Source: Candidatus Rifleibacterium sp. (GTDB taxonomy: Bacteria > Muiribacteriota > Ozemobacteria > Ozemobacterales > Ozemobacteraceae). Taken from it: 64,000 nucleotides of DNA. Below are positions 18,582 through 27,966 of this stretch, in pieces. The stretch covers positions 9,419 to 73,418 of the forward strand of contig DAOSDJ010000014.1 in NCBI GenBank assembly GCA_035362315.1, in the 5' to 3' direction. The notes beneath the pieces are model-generated. The model did no database searches. It was not told the origin of the DNA and saw nothing but the letters and a program-made list of their open reading frames with translations. Both the position numbers and the translations under genes were made by a program. How positions within the stretch are numbered: position 1 is the first letter of the stretch; each line of letters opens with the position of its first letter.

Positions 18582-18908
18582 ATGACTAACAACACTAACA
18601 AATGGATGGAATTCTCAAACGAATACGCTCAGCTCATGAACGAAAATTTTTCGGTTATGAACAAGTTCTGGAACGCTACCATGGAACAGCAGAGCGGCCA
18701 CACCAGAAAGAACATGGAAATGTTCTTCGAACACATGAATCGCAATGCTGAAATCATGCACGAAATCTACAACAACACCATCAAAGGCAACGACGAAATG
18801 AAAGCCGTTTTCAAAACCGGCGTTGAAAAATTCAACACCCGCTTTCAGAAAATTTACGAAGAAACCATGAAGAATCTGACCCCGAAGACCCAGAAGGCTG
18901 GTCAGTAA
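18582..18908 (+). CDS. small helical phasin-like protein, paralog 2 (108 aa)
   Basis: The 5' UTR and the first ~100 nt of the CDS are nearly identical to copy 1. Confidence 0.6.
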   Translation: MTNNTNKWMEFSNEYAQLMNENFSVMNKFWNATMEQQSGHTRKNMEMFFEHMNRNAEIMHEIYNNTIKGNDEMKAVFKTGVEKFNTRFQKIYEETMKNLTPKTQKAGQ

Positions 18909-19092
18909 GTTTCTGCAATTCACTGTCAGCGGTTGTAACAGCTTCTGACGGGGATCCTTCCCGACAAAAAAATCAGGTGCCTTCAGACCCGCGCGGTGCG
19001 CGGGTCTTTTGCTGTCGGCAAAACCGGATGAGAACTTTCTGAGAGGTGAAAAAGTATGTTAAAATTGTACAGAGCAATGGTGGACGCAAATA

Positions 19093-19791
19093 ATGTTTCA
19101 GACACCTGAAGCATCTGTGTTCCGGGTGAAAAAAGTGAAAATAACCAGAAACGAACTGCCGAAAAACCCATACCAGACGAATAAAAACCCGTCTGAAGGC
19201 GGAGCTTTGTCTGCAGTCGCCGCCAAGAGCCCCGACCCCACAACAATGTCTGAATCTGGAAATGCTACAGACAGGCAAAAGCCCGCAACTGTCGGCAAAG
19301 AAAGCCCAACCAGCAGAATTGCAGACAACAGCACCGGCAAAGACCAGAAAAAAGATGCGAATGCAGCCCCGGGCAACCCGGCAAAAGAGCACGACCCCGA
19401 AGAACTGGCGGTCATAAACGAGCTGAAAAGCACAGATCGCGAGGTGCGCGCCCATGAAGCCGCTCACGTTGCCGCCGGCGGTCAGTATGTTCAGGGCGGC
19501 GCCAGTTTTGAATACAAGACCGGGCCTGACGGCAAGCGCTATGCTGTTGGCGGCGAGGTTCAGATAGACACTTCCGAGGTTCCTGATGACCCGCAGGCCA
19601 CCATCGAAAAAATGGAAGTGGTGAAACGGGCGGCACTGGCCCCCAAAAACCCGTCGTCACAGGACCGCTCCGTTGCCGCAGCCGCCAACCGGGCTCAGGC
19701 GCAGGCGCGCATTGAGCTGCAGACCGAAAAAAAAGAAGAATCTGAAGATGGCGGCAGAAAAACTGCCCCGAAAATCGACATCAAAGCCTGA
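19093..19791 (+). CDS. SprA-related family putative zinc metalloprotease (HEXXH)
   Basis: VRAHEAAHVAAGG carries the HEAAH motif in a context typical of PF12118-like proteins. The start codon is uncertain because there is no clear RBS. Confidence 0.55.
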   Translation: MFQTPEASVFRVKKVKITRNELPKNPYQTNKNPSEGGALSAVAAKSPDPTTMSESGNATDRQKPATVGKESPTSRIADNSTGKDQKKDANAAPGNPAKEHDPEELAVINELKSTDREVRAHEAAHVAAGGQYVQGGASFEYKTGPDGKRYAVGGEVQIDTSEVPDDPQATIEKMEVVKRAALAPKNPSSQDRSVAAAANRAQAQARIELQTEKKEESEDGGRKTAPKIDIKA

Positions 19792-19833
19792 AAAGACACA
19801 AGAAGCCAATAAGAACACAATAAGGAGAATCGA

Positions 19834-20415
19834 ATGAGAAAACCTTTCATGGCGCTGGCCCTTGCCGCCTTAATGTTCACCACAAGCCTTAACGCCGCTC
19901 AGACCGGCAGATTTCTTGATTCTGAAGGTAATGTCAGAGACAAGCCCGACAGCAAAGCAAAACTTCTCTTTTCTTCGACAGCCGGCGAAGAATTCACGGT
20001 TCTCGAACGCCAGGGCGAAAAATGGCTGAAAGTGCAGCTGAAAGATGGCCGTACCGGCTGGACCAGCGTCATCAATGTGAAACTCGATACCCCGGCCACC
20101 CCAAAAGAAGAAAAGAAAAACACCACCGCCTGGCAGGCAAGAAAAGAACCGTTGCCCACTACAGATAAAGACGAATCGGATTCGGACTCGGAACCCAATT
20201 CAAGCTCTGAGTCCGGGTCTGATCTTGCAACAGAAAACTCCCGCCTGAAAGATGAAATAGAAAAACTGCAGCAGGAAAAAATGATGATCGAAAGCAGCAC
20301 CCTGCAGTCGCAGGCACTTATCGACAAACTCAAAGACGACCTGCGCAAAATGACCGCCGCAAAAGAAAAACTTGAAGCCGAAGTCCGCCTGCTCAAGCAG
20401 TCACCCGGCAAATAA
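19834..20415 (+). CDS. secreted SH3-domain protein with C-terminal coiled coil
   Basis: RBS aaggag. Signal peptide. SH3b-like segment GRFLDSEGNVRDKPDSKAKLLFSSTAGEEFTVLERQGEKWLKVQLKDGRTGWTS. The C-terminus has heptad repeats. Confidence 0.65.
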   Translation: MRKPFMALALAALMFTTSLNAAQTGRFLDSEGNVRDKPDSKAKLLFSSTAGEEFTVLERQGEKWLKVQLKDGRTGWTSVINVKLDTPATPKEEKKNTTAWQARKEPLPTTDKDESDSDSEPNSSSESGSDLATENSRLKDEIEKLQQEKMMIESSTLQSQALIDKLKDDLRKMTAAKEKLEAEVRLLKQSPGK

Positions 20416-20526
20416 AGACTACTCCCCCGAAGAATAAGATTACTGACTGTTCCCGTGCCGGTAATGAGTGCGGCAATGACTGATAAATCCTTTAAAAATC
20501 AGGCGCTGCCGGCAATCAGGCAAGTT

Positions 20527-21819
20527 TCAGTCGATATCGACCGGAGCGATGTGCAGATCTTCTTTTTCGAGCGGCAGAAATGGCAGCAGCAGGATGCCGG
20601 GGGTTGCCAGCACCAGGGTTGCAATAAAGAAACCGACATAGCCGGTGCTCTGCTGCACGTAACCGCTGGTAATGCCGGCGGTCATTGCGCCCAGAGCCAT
20701 CAGGCCGGTTGAAATGGCGTAATGCGCGGTCGGGTATTTCGAATCCTGGGTGATGAACATCAGATAAACCATGTAGGCCGCAAAGCCAAAACCATAGCCG
20801 AACTGGTCGCAGCCAACGATCAGTGTCACCCAGATTTTGGCGGGCTGCACGGTTGCGGCCCAGATATAGAGGAGATTCGGCACGTTCATCGCCAGCACCA
20901 TCGGCCACAATGACTTCTTGATGCCGTATTTCGAAATGACCATGCCGCCGATAATGCCGCCCAGCGTCAGCGCCACTACCCCGACAACGCCGGTCACAAA
21001 ACCGACCTCAGAAGTGGTCATGCCCAGCCCGCCCTTTTCGACCGTATCGATGAGAAAAGGGTTCGACATCTTGCTGACCATCGACTCGCCAAAGCGATAG
21101 AGCAGAATGAAGCCAAGCACTATCGGCAGTTTCGCCTGCGAAAAATATTCGGCAAAAGCCTCTTTAAAGGGAAACGACTCATGCTTGTCAGCGTCTTTGC
21201 GCGGCTTCGGCATTGCCAGGTAACCGACAACGATAAAAAACAGGTAGACGAGCGCCGCGACGATCAGCACGTTGCGCCACGCAAGCGGGATCAGGGCACC
21301 AGGCATCGCTTCAAAGGTTCCTGCCAGATAAATCAGGCCGCCATTGCAGAAAACGTTGGCAAGTCGATAGGCTGTGCCGCGGATACCGACGAAGTAAGCC
21401 TGATCTTCAGGCGAAAGGGCGAGAATATAGAAGCCGTCGGCGGCAATATCATGGGTAGCCGAAAGAAACGCCAGAATCGTCAGAACCACGAGGGTCGGCG
21501 TCAGAAAGTTTTCCATGGTAATCGTCATCGAGACGCAGAGCATGGTGATAATGCCGAGTATCTGCGTGCCGACGATCCATTTGCGTTTCGTCGAGGTCGA
21601 TTCAACCAGGGGGCCCCAGAGCATTTTGAGAATCCAGGGCCAGGTGATAAGGCTTGTCCAGAGGCCGATTTCGGCGTTCGAAATGCCGAGGCGCTTGAAC
21701 ATGGTCACCGAAACGGTGCTGACGATAAAATAAGGTATGCCTTCGAGAAAGAACAGCGATGGCACAAAGAGCCAGGGGTTACCGGTGGTTTTCTTTTCTG
21801 CAACGGATCCGTTTTCCAT
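20527..21819 (-). CDS. MFS transporter (AmpG/PAT-like family)
   Basis: About 12 TM helices. N-terminal region LFFLEGIPYFIVSTVSVTMFKRLGISNAEIG resembles AmpG-type muropeptide permeases. Confidence 0.65.
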   Translation of the reverse strand: MENGSVAEKKTTGNPWLFVPSLFFLEGIPYFIVSTVSVTMFKRLGISNAEIGLWTSLITWPWILKMLWGPLVESTSTKRKWIVGTQILGIITMLCVSMTITMENFLTPTLVVLTILAFLSATHDIAADGFYILALSPEDQAYFVGIRGTAYRLANVFCNGGLIYLAGTFEAMPGALIPLAWRNVLIVAALVYLFFIVVGYLAMPKPRKDADKHESFPFKEAFAEYFSQAKLPIVLGFILLYRFGESMVSKMSNPFLIDTVEKGGLGMTTSEVGFVTGVVGVVALTLGGIIGGMVISKYGIKKSLWPMVLAMNVPNLLYIWAATVQPAKIWVTLIVGCDQFGYGFGFAAYMVYLMFITQDSKYPTAHYAISTGLMALGAMTAGITSGYVQQSTGYVGFFIATLVLATPGILLLPFLPLEKEDLHIAPVDID

Positions 21820-21957
21820 ATGGTTCTGCTTTCCTGTAAAACTGTTGACAAATAAACCGGCAATAGCGGATTAATAGAATGAATATATCAGAAATGACGT
21901 TCACCTGGCAGAACAGTTTTGTGGTTTTCAGACGAAAGTCAGGGGGGTGAGTAGGCA

Positions 21958-22671
21958 ATGAATGATAAAGAAATGCACTTTGATGAAAAGCCCGGAACAC
22001 CCACCCAGATAAAACTTGAGCTTCAGACACCGCTTGAAAAACTATTTTTCTGGCTTCTGGTCGCGGCGGGCTTTGTTCTTTTCAACGGCACAATTGCAAT
22101 TATTCAAGAGGGAAAAACCGCTTTTTCGATTGCAATGTTCGGCGTTGGCACCATATTCACGCTGCTTTTCTGGAACCTGAAAAAACACACCGATAACTTC
22201 TACATTCTCGATCTGCCGACCCGGCGTCTGTTTTATCATTTCAAGTTTTTCTTCATAAAAAGGGTGACAGTCTTCTGTAACTTTTCCGACCTTGCCGCAA
22301 TAACTGTGAGCGGGCAACATAATCGCAACAAAAGTCGTGTCTGGTGGACATATCAGATTCTCGCTCTCGACAAAAGGGGCAGAGTCTTCGCTCTCAGCGA
22401 CAATGAAAAAAGTGAAGACCGCCACAGCCTGATCGCATCAGCTGCTAAAATTGCAGATATCACCGGTGCCCGCTTTTTTGACATGCCGGGCGAAAAGATA
22501 GCCCGGGTCAGACATGTATACGGAAACTTTGAGTTCGACGCGGTTGAACACCGTGCCATAGACTCATTCATCGATTTTTTCAAAACTTTTGTCGCAGTAA
22601 TAGTTTTTCTGCTTACCACAACTGCCCTGATCCTGATTTTTCAGGCGGCCGTCAAATGGCTTGGTCTGTAA
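21958..22671 (+). CDS. hypothetical membrane protein
   Basis: Two N-terminal TM helices and one C-terminal TM helix. No recognisable motif. Confidence 0.45.
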   Translation: MNDKEMHFDEKPGTPTQIKLELQTPLEKLFFWLLVAAGFVLFNGTIAIIQEGKTAFSIAMFGVGTIFTLLFWNLKKHTDNFYILDLPTRRLFYHFKFFFIKRVTVFCNFSDLAAITVSGQHNRNKSRVWWTYQILALDKRGRVFALSDNEKSEDRHSLIASAAKIADITGARFFDMPGEKIARVRHVYGNFEFDAVEHRAIDSFIDFFKTFVAVIVFLLTTTALILIFQAAVKWLGL

Positions 22672-22678
22672 GCCGCCA

Positions 22679-23302
22679 TCAGTCAGTAAGGCGCTGCTGA
22701 AAAGCCTCGAGAAATCTTGCCACGTGCAGGCCGTCGACAAGGCCGTGGTGCACCTGAATTGCAACCGGCAGCAGCAGCTTGCCTTCATCTTCGTAAGTTC
22801 TGCCAAAGGTTATTCTTGGCACAGAATCGCTTGAATTGAGGGCTTTGGCAAAAGTCAGCCCCGAAAAGCGATGCCAGGGAATGCTTGAGTAATAGACCTG
22901 ATCAGCCCGATAATCGTTCTCCAGGCACATTCCGGTCGTTGCCATGACCTTTTCAATCTCGGCCGCTGCAACTCTGGCAAATTCGGCAAAATCATCGACG
23001 AATTCTATGAAGCAGCACCCGAAGGTCTCATCGGGGCGCATTACCGTCGTTGAAGCATGGACCCGGTCATAGCACACCACTTCTTCACCGACAATGCGCA
23101 TCCTCAGTTCTTCAACCTGATTAAGGGCCTGCAGTGACCGGTGCAGATAACTGAGAAAAAACGACTGCCCCTTATGTTTGCTGTTCCAGTAGGTTTTGCC
23201 GCAGTCGAGCGCGGTCGTAATGCCCCAGTAAGGGTCGGCAAGACCGCAGAAATACTGGTAGTGCTCGCGTCTTTTCCAGGTTGTCAGGTCGATTGTGTGC
23301 AT
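22679..23302 (-). CDS. cat: chloramphenicol O-acetyltransferase (CAT) family protein
   Basis: Aligns along its full length with type A CAT, for example WKRREHYQYF and PVAIQVHHGLVDGLHVARFLEAFQQ (catalytic His in the HHxxxDG motif). Confidence 0.8.
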   Translation of the reverse strand: MHTIDLTTWKRREHYQYFCGLADPYWGITTALDCGKTYWNSKHKGQSFFLSYLHRSLQALNQVEELRMRIVGEEVVCYDRVHASTTVMRPDETFGCCFIEFVDDFAEFARVAAAEIEKVMATTGMCLENDYRADQVYYSSIPWHRFSGLTFAKALNSSDSVPRITFGRTYEDEGKLLLPVAIQVHHGLVDGLHVARFLEAFQQRLTD

Positions 23303-23435
23303 TGGGCAACTCTCGCGGTGTTATGTCTGATTCTACTTCAATTCAGCGCCAATGGCAAAACTTCAGAAGTCTCAAACGGTCAGAAAGTCGTGTTAGAATT
23401 GTGCTATTCAGATTTTTACGGGAGTCGAATCATTT

Positions 23436-24344
23436 ATGACAAGAATCATGCTGCTCGCTTTTTTGCTTGTATGCTCACTGGCCACCGGGGAAAGCGCCAA
23501 GCCGGTCGTCAACCTCAAGAGCATGCGCGACCGCAACGAAGTTGAGAGCCTGATCAAAGGCGCCAAAGGTATGCCACCGCAGCGTCGCATCGAATTCATC
23601 TCAAAATATCTGCTCGGCCGCAAATATCACCCCGAAACCAGAACCCGCATCAAAAAGCAGCACGCGCCAAAGCCGGCAAAAAGAGAAGCGAACAACGAAA
23701 AGCCGCTGTCGGTAGAGTTTTTAAGATCAAACCTGACTTACCTCGACTGTATGACCTATGTCGAGCACGTTCTCGCCATGGCTGCCTCCCAGAAAGCTTC
23801 TTACACAGAATTTCTGCTGCGGCTCATCGACGTGATGTTCGATGCCGGCGGCAAACCCCTGATGAACCATCACCGCAATCACTTCACGTCATACTGGGGC
23901 GTCGTGAACGAGCGCAAGGGCTACCTCACCGATATCGCCAGGCACCACCCCAAGGCCCTCAGCCGCGGTCTCTATCTCAACCGGGTCGGCAATAACCGCA
24001 CCTACTACATCGAAGACCGCTTCATGATTGCTGCCGAACCAAGTCTGATGTGGTATTTCCCGGTGGCCGCAGTGCTCGATGGCTCGGCACCGCTTCAGTC
24101 AGGCGATATTGTGGCCATGGTGACCGACAAAGAAGGTCTCGACGTCACCCACATGGGTTTCTATATCGAGCAGAATCAGAAACGCTGGCTGCGCCACGCT
24201 TCGCTCAAACTCAACCGGGTCACCGATCAGGATCTTGCCGAATATCTGCGCGCCGGCAAAAATATCAAAGGCCTGATGGCATTCCGACCCCTGCTTAAAA
24301 CGGCCCCACCAGCTCTTTATCGTTTTCGCAATCTCGCCGAATAG
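23436..24344 (+). CDS. secreted DUF1460-family protein (N-acetylmuramoyl-L-alanine amidase-like fold, putative)
   Basis: Signal peptide. YLDCMTYVEHVLAMA and HMGFYIE segments are typical of DUF1460. Confidence 0.5.
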   Translation: MTRIMLLAFLLVCSLATGESAKPVVNLKSMRDRNEVESLIKGAKGMPPQRRIEFISKYLLGRKYHPETRTRIKKQHAPKPAKREANNEKPLSVEFLRSNLTYLDCMTYVEHVLAMAASQKASYTEFLLRLIDVMFDAGGKPLMNHHRNHFTSYWGVVNERKGYLTDIARHHPKALSRGLYLNRVGNNRTYYIEDRFMIAAEPSLMWYFPVAAVLDGSAPLQSGDIVAMVTDKEGLDVTHMGFYIEQNQKRWLRHASLKLNRVTDQDLAEYLRAGKNIKGLMAFRPLLKTAPPALYRFRNLAE

Positions 24345-24452
24345 CCCGGCGGATTTCGGCCATCAGATCGACCGCATAACAAAAATCTTGACTCACGAAC
24401 TATAATTCGTGTATTTTATATCGCGTAAAATTTTTCAGGTCAGGAAGCCGCA

Positions 24453-24812
24453 ATGGTCGAAAAAAGCGAACAAACCCATAAATGGACCTTTCTCACCAAC
24501 CATGCCCACGTAATCGTTTGCCTGAGCATAAATCCGGCAATGCGCATGCGCGACATCGCAGACCGTGTCGGTATTACCGAGAGAGCGGTTCAAAAAATCA
24601 TTGCCGACCTGACACACGAGGGCTATCTCGAAATTGACCGGCGCGGGCGTTGTAACAGCTATCGCCTCAACAGCGCGCTTCACCTGAGACACCCGATCGA
24701 ATCGGGGCACACTATCGGGGAACTGCTGCTGCTCCTGCTCAAAGGAGCACCAGAAATTCACAGTATACAGACAAAGCCCGGGCTCAACCCGGAGTCAGAC
24801 AAACAGGACTAA
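24453..24812 (+). CDS. winged-helix transcriptional regulator
   Basis: HTH MRDIADRVGITERAVQKIIADLTHEGYL. Its stop lies 4 nt from the start of the MFS gene, consistent with an operon. Confidence 0.6.
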   Translation: MVEKSEQTHKWTFLTNHAHVIVCLSINPAMRMRDIADRVGITERAVQKIIADLTHEGYLEIDRRGRCNSYRLNSALHLRHPIESGHTIGELLLLLLKGAPEIHSIQTKPGLNPESDKQD

Positions 24813-24815
24813 ACA

Positions 24816-26081
24816 ATGAAAAAATGGCTGGTTCTTGCCGCCGGTTTCGTCATTCAGACGGTGATGGGCGGAATCTATGCCTGGAGCGAATTTGCTGTAA
24901 AGCTGCACCAGAACTACAACCTTTCCCGTGGCGAATGTGGTGCCATTTTTGGCCTGACCATCGCCATTTTTACCCTGGCCATGGTCTACGCCGGCAGAAA
25001 ACTGCACACCTGGGGTCCCAAGATGACAGCATCAATCGGGGCCCTTTTTTTTATCGCGGGTTATCTGACCGCTTCTTTCTCACAGGGAAATTTCGCCCTG
25101 CTGCTGCTCGGTTTCGCCCTGCTTACCGGTGCCGGCACTGGCTTTGCATACGTCTGCCCGCTGACTGTCGGAATGAAATGGTTTCCTGACAACCGCGGGC
25201 TGGTCACCGGCTTTTCGGTGGCAGGCTTCGGCGGCGGTGCGATTGTGCTCAGCGCGGTCAGTGAATACCTGATCCACGATCTTGGCTATAACCTGATGGT
25301 GACTTTTCGCATGATCTCATTCATTTTTGGTGGCTGTGCACTGATTGCCGCCAGTTTTCTCAGTGAACCCTCTTCAGATGAAGAAAAACATCATGCGCAT
25401 ACCTGCAATATACCTCTGCATGAACTGATTCTGACGAAAAACTTTGCGCTGACAGCGTTCGGAATGTTTTCAGGCACCTTTGCCGGGCTTCTTATCATCA
25501 GCAATCTCAAATCAATCATGCTGGCTGCAGACTTCAGCGAATACTGGGCTACGATTTCGATAAGCCTCTTTGCGGCCGGCAATATTACCGGTCGTATTTT
25601 GTGGGGCCAGATTCACGACCGTATTGGTTCACGCAAAACTATTATAGCCGGAAATTTTCTCTTCATTATCTCGCTGCTGCCGCTCCTTTCTGAAGATCTC
25701 TCAACCTGGTCGCTGCCGGCTATCCCTTTAATAGGAATGGTTTTTGGCAGTTGCTTTGTCATTTACGCCTCCACCATCGTCGAAATTTTCGGGCACCGAA
25801 AATTTGCCGGCCTATACCCGTTCTGCTTCCTCGCCTACGGCTTTGCAGCCCTTACCGGGCCGGCCCTCGGCGGCCTGATTGCTGACCAGACCGGCTCTTT
25901 CAGCTATGGCATCATCACCGGCCTGGTCGCTCTGGCGATAAATCTGTTGCTTTTTGCCGTCGGATTCGGCAGAACGGAAACTTCCGCGCAGCCAGACAGC
26001 CCCAAAGAAAGCACTGTCGCGTGGTATAAGCCCGGCTGGACCATACTGCGACGTTTCTGGCTCCAGAAACAGGATTCCTGA
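24816..26081 (+). CDS. MFS transporter (oxalate/formate antiporter-like family)
   Basis: 12 TM helices. N-terminus MKKWLVLAAGFVIQTVMGGIYAWSEF is typical of the OFA/L-lactate-type MFS. Confidence 0.75.
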   Translation: MKKWLVLAAGFVIQTVMGGIYAWSEFAVKLHQNYNLSRGECGAIFGLTIAIFTLAMVYAGRKLHTWGPKMTASIGALFFIAGYLTASFSQGNFALLLLGFALLTGAGTGFAYVCPLTVGMKWFPDNRGLVTGFSVAGFGGGAIVLSAVSEYLIHDLGYNLMVTFRMISFIFGGCALIAASFLSEPSSDEEKHHAHTCNIPLHELILTKNFALTAFGMFSGTFAGLLIISNLKSIMLAADFSEYWATISISLFAAGNITGRILWGQIHDRIGSRKTIIAGNFLFIISLLPLLSEDLSTWSLPAIPLIGMVFGSCFVIYASTIVEIFGHRKFAGLYPFCFLAYGFAALTGPALGGLIADQTGSFSYGIITGLVALAINLLLFAVGFGRTETSAQPDSPKESTVAWYKPGWTILRRFWLQKQDS

Positions 26082-26176
26082 TCTTTAGCTTTTCGTGGCA
26101 GAAAGCAAAAACTTCCGGCCATTTTTCGGGTATAATTCTGGTATTACTTCGCAGATTAAGCAGGGAGTATATTCCT

Positions 26177-27790
26177 ATGAAAAAAACTTTCAGCCGGCTT
26201 ATCAATGCAACTGCGCTCGCGCTGGTGATGACCGCCGGGTTTTCGACAGATCTGGCGGCCCAGAACGCCCAGCAGAGCAACCCGTTTCAAGTCAACAATG
26301 TATACATTTCTGCGGGTAAGAGCTTCGATATCAGCCAGCTCAACGCCAGCGCCACTATCGAGCTCAGCGAAGAAGAACAGAAATTTCTCGACATGCAGCT
26401 GCTGCCTTACTACTACCCGGTTCTCAAAAGATGCGCCGAAGGCAAAGAGCCGTTCACCGGCAAAGACGGCGGACTGACGGCGGCCAAGAATCTCTGCAAA
26501 AGTTTCTACCCGCAGGGCAAGGGAAACTATTCGCGCGACTTCGGCAACCCGGTCAGAATGCTCGACTGGGCAAAGCGCTGGCATAAAGACGAAAAGATGG
26601 TAAAAATGGTCACCTCGGCAAAACGGGGCGATATTTTCCTTAACGGCCCAAAAGACAAGCAGGCAATCGACAAAAACTTTATCTGTCTGATGACCAAGGG
26701 CCCCTATTATCATGCGACAATGGTTGTCGACAGTGTACCGCCAATCATCATTGAAGCGGTCGGCATCACCGCCAACAAGTCTGACACAACCAGCGACAAG
26801 GTGCGCATGAGCACCTGGTATGAGGAAATGGGCGATTGGTGCAACTATCGCCTTGTCAGGCCAACGCACGGCCTGCCGGCGTCACAGACCAACGCCATCA
26901 TCGAAAAGGCAATCGGCTACGCTGAAGCGCAACTTGGCAAGCCTTACGATTACTCATTCTCGAACAGCGACGGTGACCGCGCCTTTTACTGCAGCGAGCT
27001 TGTCAGCAAAGCCTATTTCGACGGCGCCGGTTTCAAGGGCAATATCGCCCAGAAAGACCCTGAACGCGACAAGATCATCGTCGCCCTGCACTCGGTAATC
27101 GACGGCCTCGAACCGAAAAACAAGTATCAGCTCGCCGACAAGGTGATGAACTTTGCGGTTGCCTACAGCCACAGCCCCGATATCAACAAACTGCAGGAAT
27201 TCATCATCAACGATCTGGTTCCTGACTGCAAAACTCTCGATAAGGCCTTTCCGGGCCCTGAAGGACGGGCGAAGCTGAATAAGGTATTCAATAAAATCAA
27301 GAGCAACGAAGGCTTTAAAAGCTTTACCGCTGCCAACAAGTCATACGAAGACGATAAAAAAGCCGGAAAATTCAATGCCGGCTGGGGTATCGGCAAGCTG
27401 CGCGAGCTGAAAAGCAAGGCCAACGTCGGGCTGTCACTGCTGAAAGACATCGACAGGCTCGGCAAAGAAACCGGCGCCAGCCGCAAAGACCTGACCATGG
27501 TCGTCATGAAGCTTTTCATACCCGTGTATCAGAATCTCGGCACTTTCGGTGAAGTACTCGGCGGCATGGACAAAACCGATCAGGTCAGCCTGCCCGAAGG
27601 CGTCAAAACCGTGCTGAAAATCGTCGACTGGGGCGTCAGCAAACGTGAAAGCGTCAAAAACTGGCCGGTCATCGGCGGCACTCTTGCGAAACTCATGCCC
27701 GGCAACGGCGACGGCAAAATCTTTACTGACCTGACCAGTCCGAGTGACCTGGCCCAGGCCAGCCCCGGCTTCACCATCGACTACCCCTGA
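26177..27790 (+). CDS. secreted permuted papain-fold (C92/YiiX-like) putative amidase/peptidase
   Basis: Signal peptide. GDIFLNG...YHATMVV plus AFYCSELVSKAY (CSELV motif of YiiX/DUF830-like enzymes). Confidence 0.55.
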   Translation: MKKTFSRLINATALALVMTAGFSTDLAAQNAQQSNPFQVNNVYISAGKSFDISQLNASATIELSEEEQKFLDMQLLPYYYPVLKRCAEGKEPFTGKDGGLTAAKNLCKSFYPQGKGNYSRDFGNPVRMLDWAKRWHKDEKMVKMVTSAKRGDIFLNGPKDKQAIDKNFICLMTKGPYYHATMVVDSVPPIIIEAVGITANKSDTTSDKVRMSTWYEEMGDWCNYRLVRPTHGLPASQTNAIIEKAIGYAEAQLGKPYDYSFSNSDGDRAFYCSELVSKAYFDGAGFKGNIAQKDPERDKIIVALHSVIDGLEPKNKYQLADKVMNFAVAYSHSPDINKLQEFIINDLVPDCKTLDKAFPGPEGRAKLNKVFNKIKSNEGFKSFTAANKSYEDDKKAGKFNAGWGIGKLRELKSKANVGLSLLKDIDRLGKETGASRKDLTMVVMKLFIPVYQNLGTFGEVLGGMDKTDQVSLPEGVKTVLKIVDWGVSKRESVKNWPVIGGTLAKLMPGNGDGKIFTDLTSPSDLAQASPGFTIDYP

Positions 27791-27966
27791 GACAAAATCA
27801 GGGCGGCAGCAGTCACAAGTTCCCCGCCTGTTTTCGGTCCGGGCACAAACGCGGGGTGCCACAGCAGAGTCTGGCAGTTATCTGCCAAAATAGTATAAAA
27901 AGACTTTAACGACAACACCCCGCACTGCTGCGGGGTGTTGTGTCTTTGTGCGGCTGTGCTTAATGC

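Noticed and set aside
21181-21855. 224-aa plus-strand ORF inside the AmpG-like MFS gene
   Set aside because: Highly charged Arg/Asp/His-rich translation. The antisense MFS reading frame has 12 TM helices.
26156-26869. 237-aa minus-strand ORF antisense to the C92-like secreted protein gene
   Set aside because: No motifs and an Arg/Val/Gly-biased composition. The plus-strand gene has a signal peptide and conserved C92 motifs.
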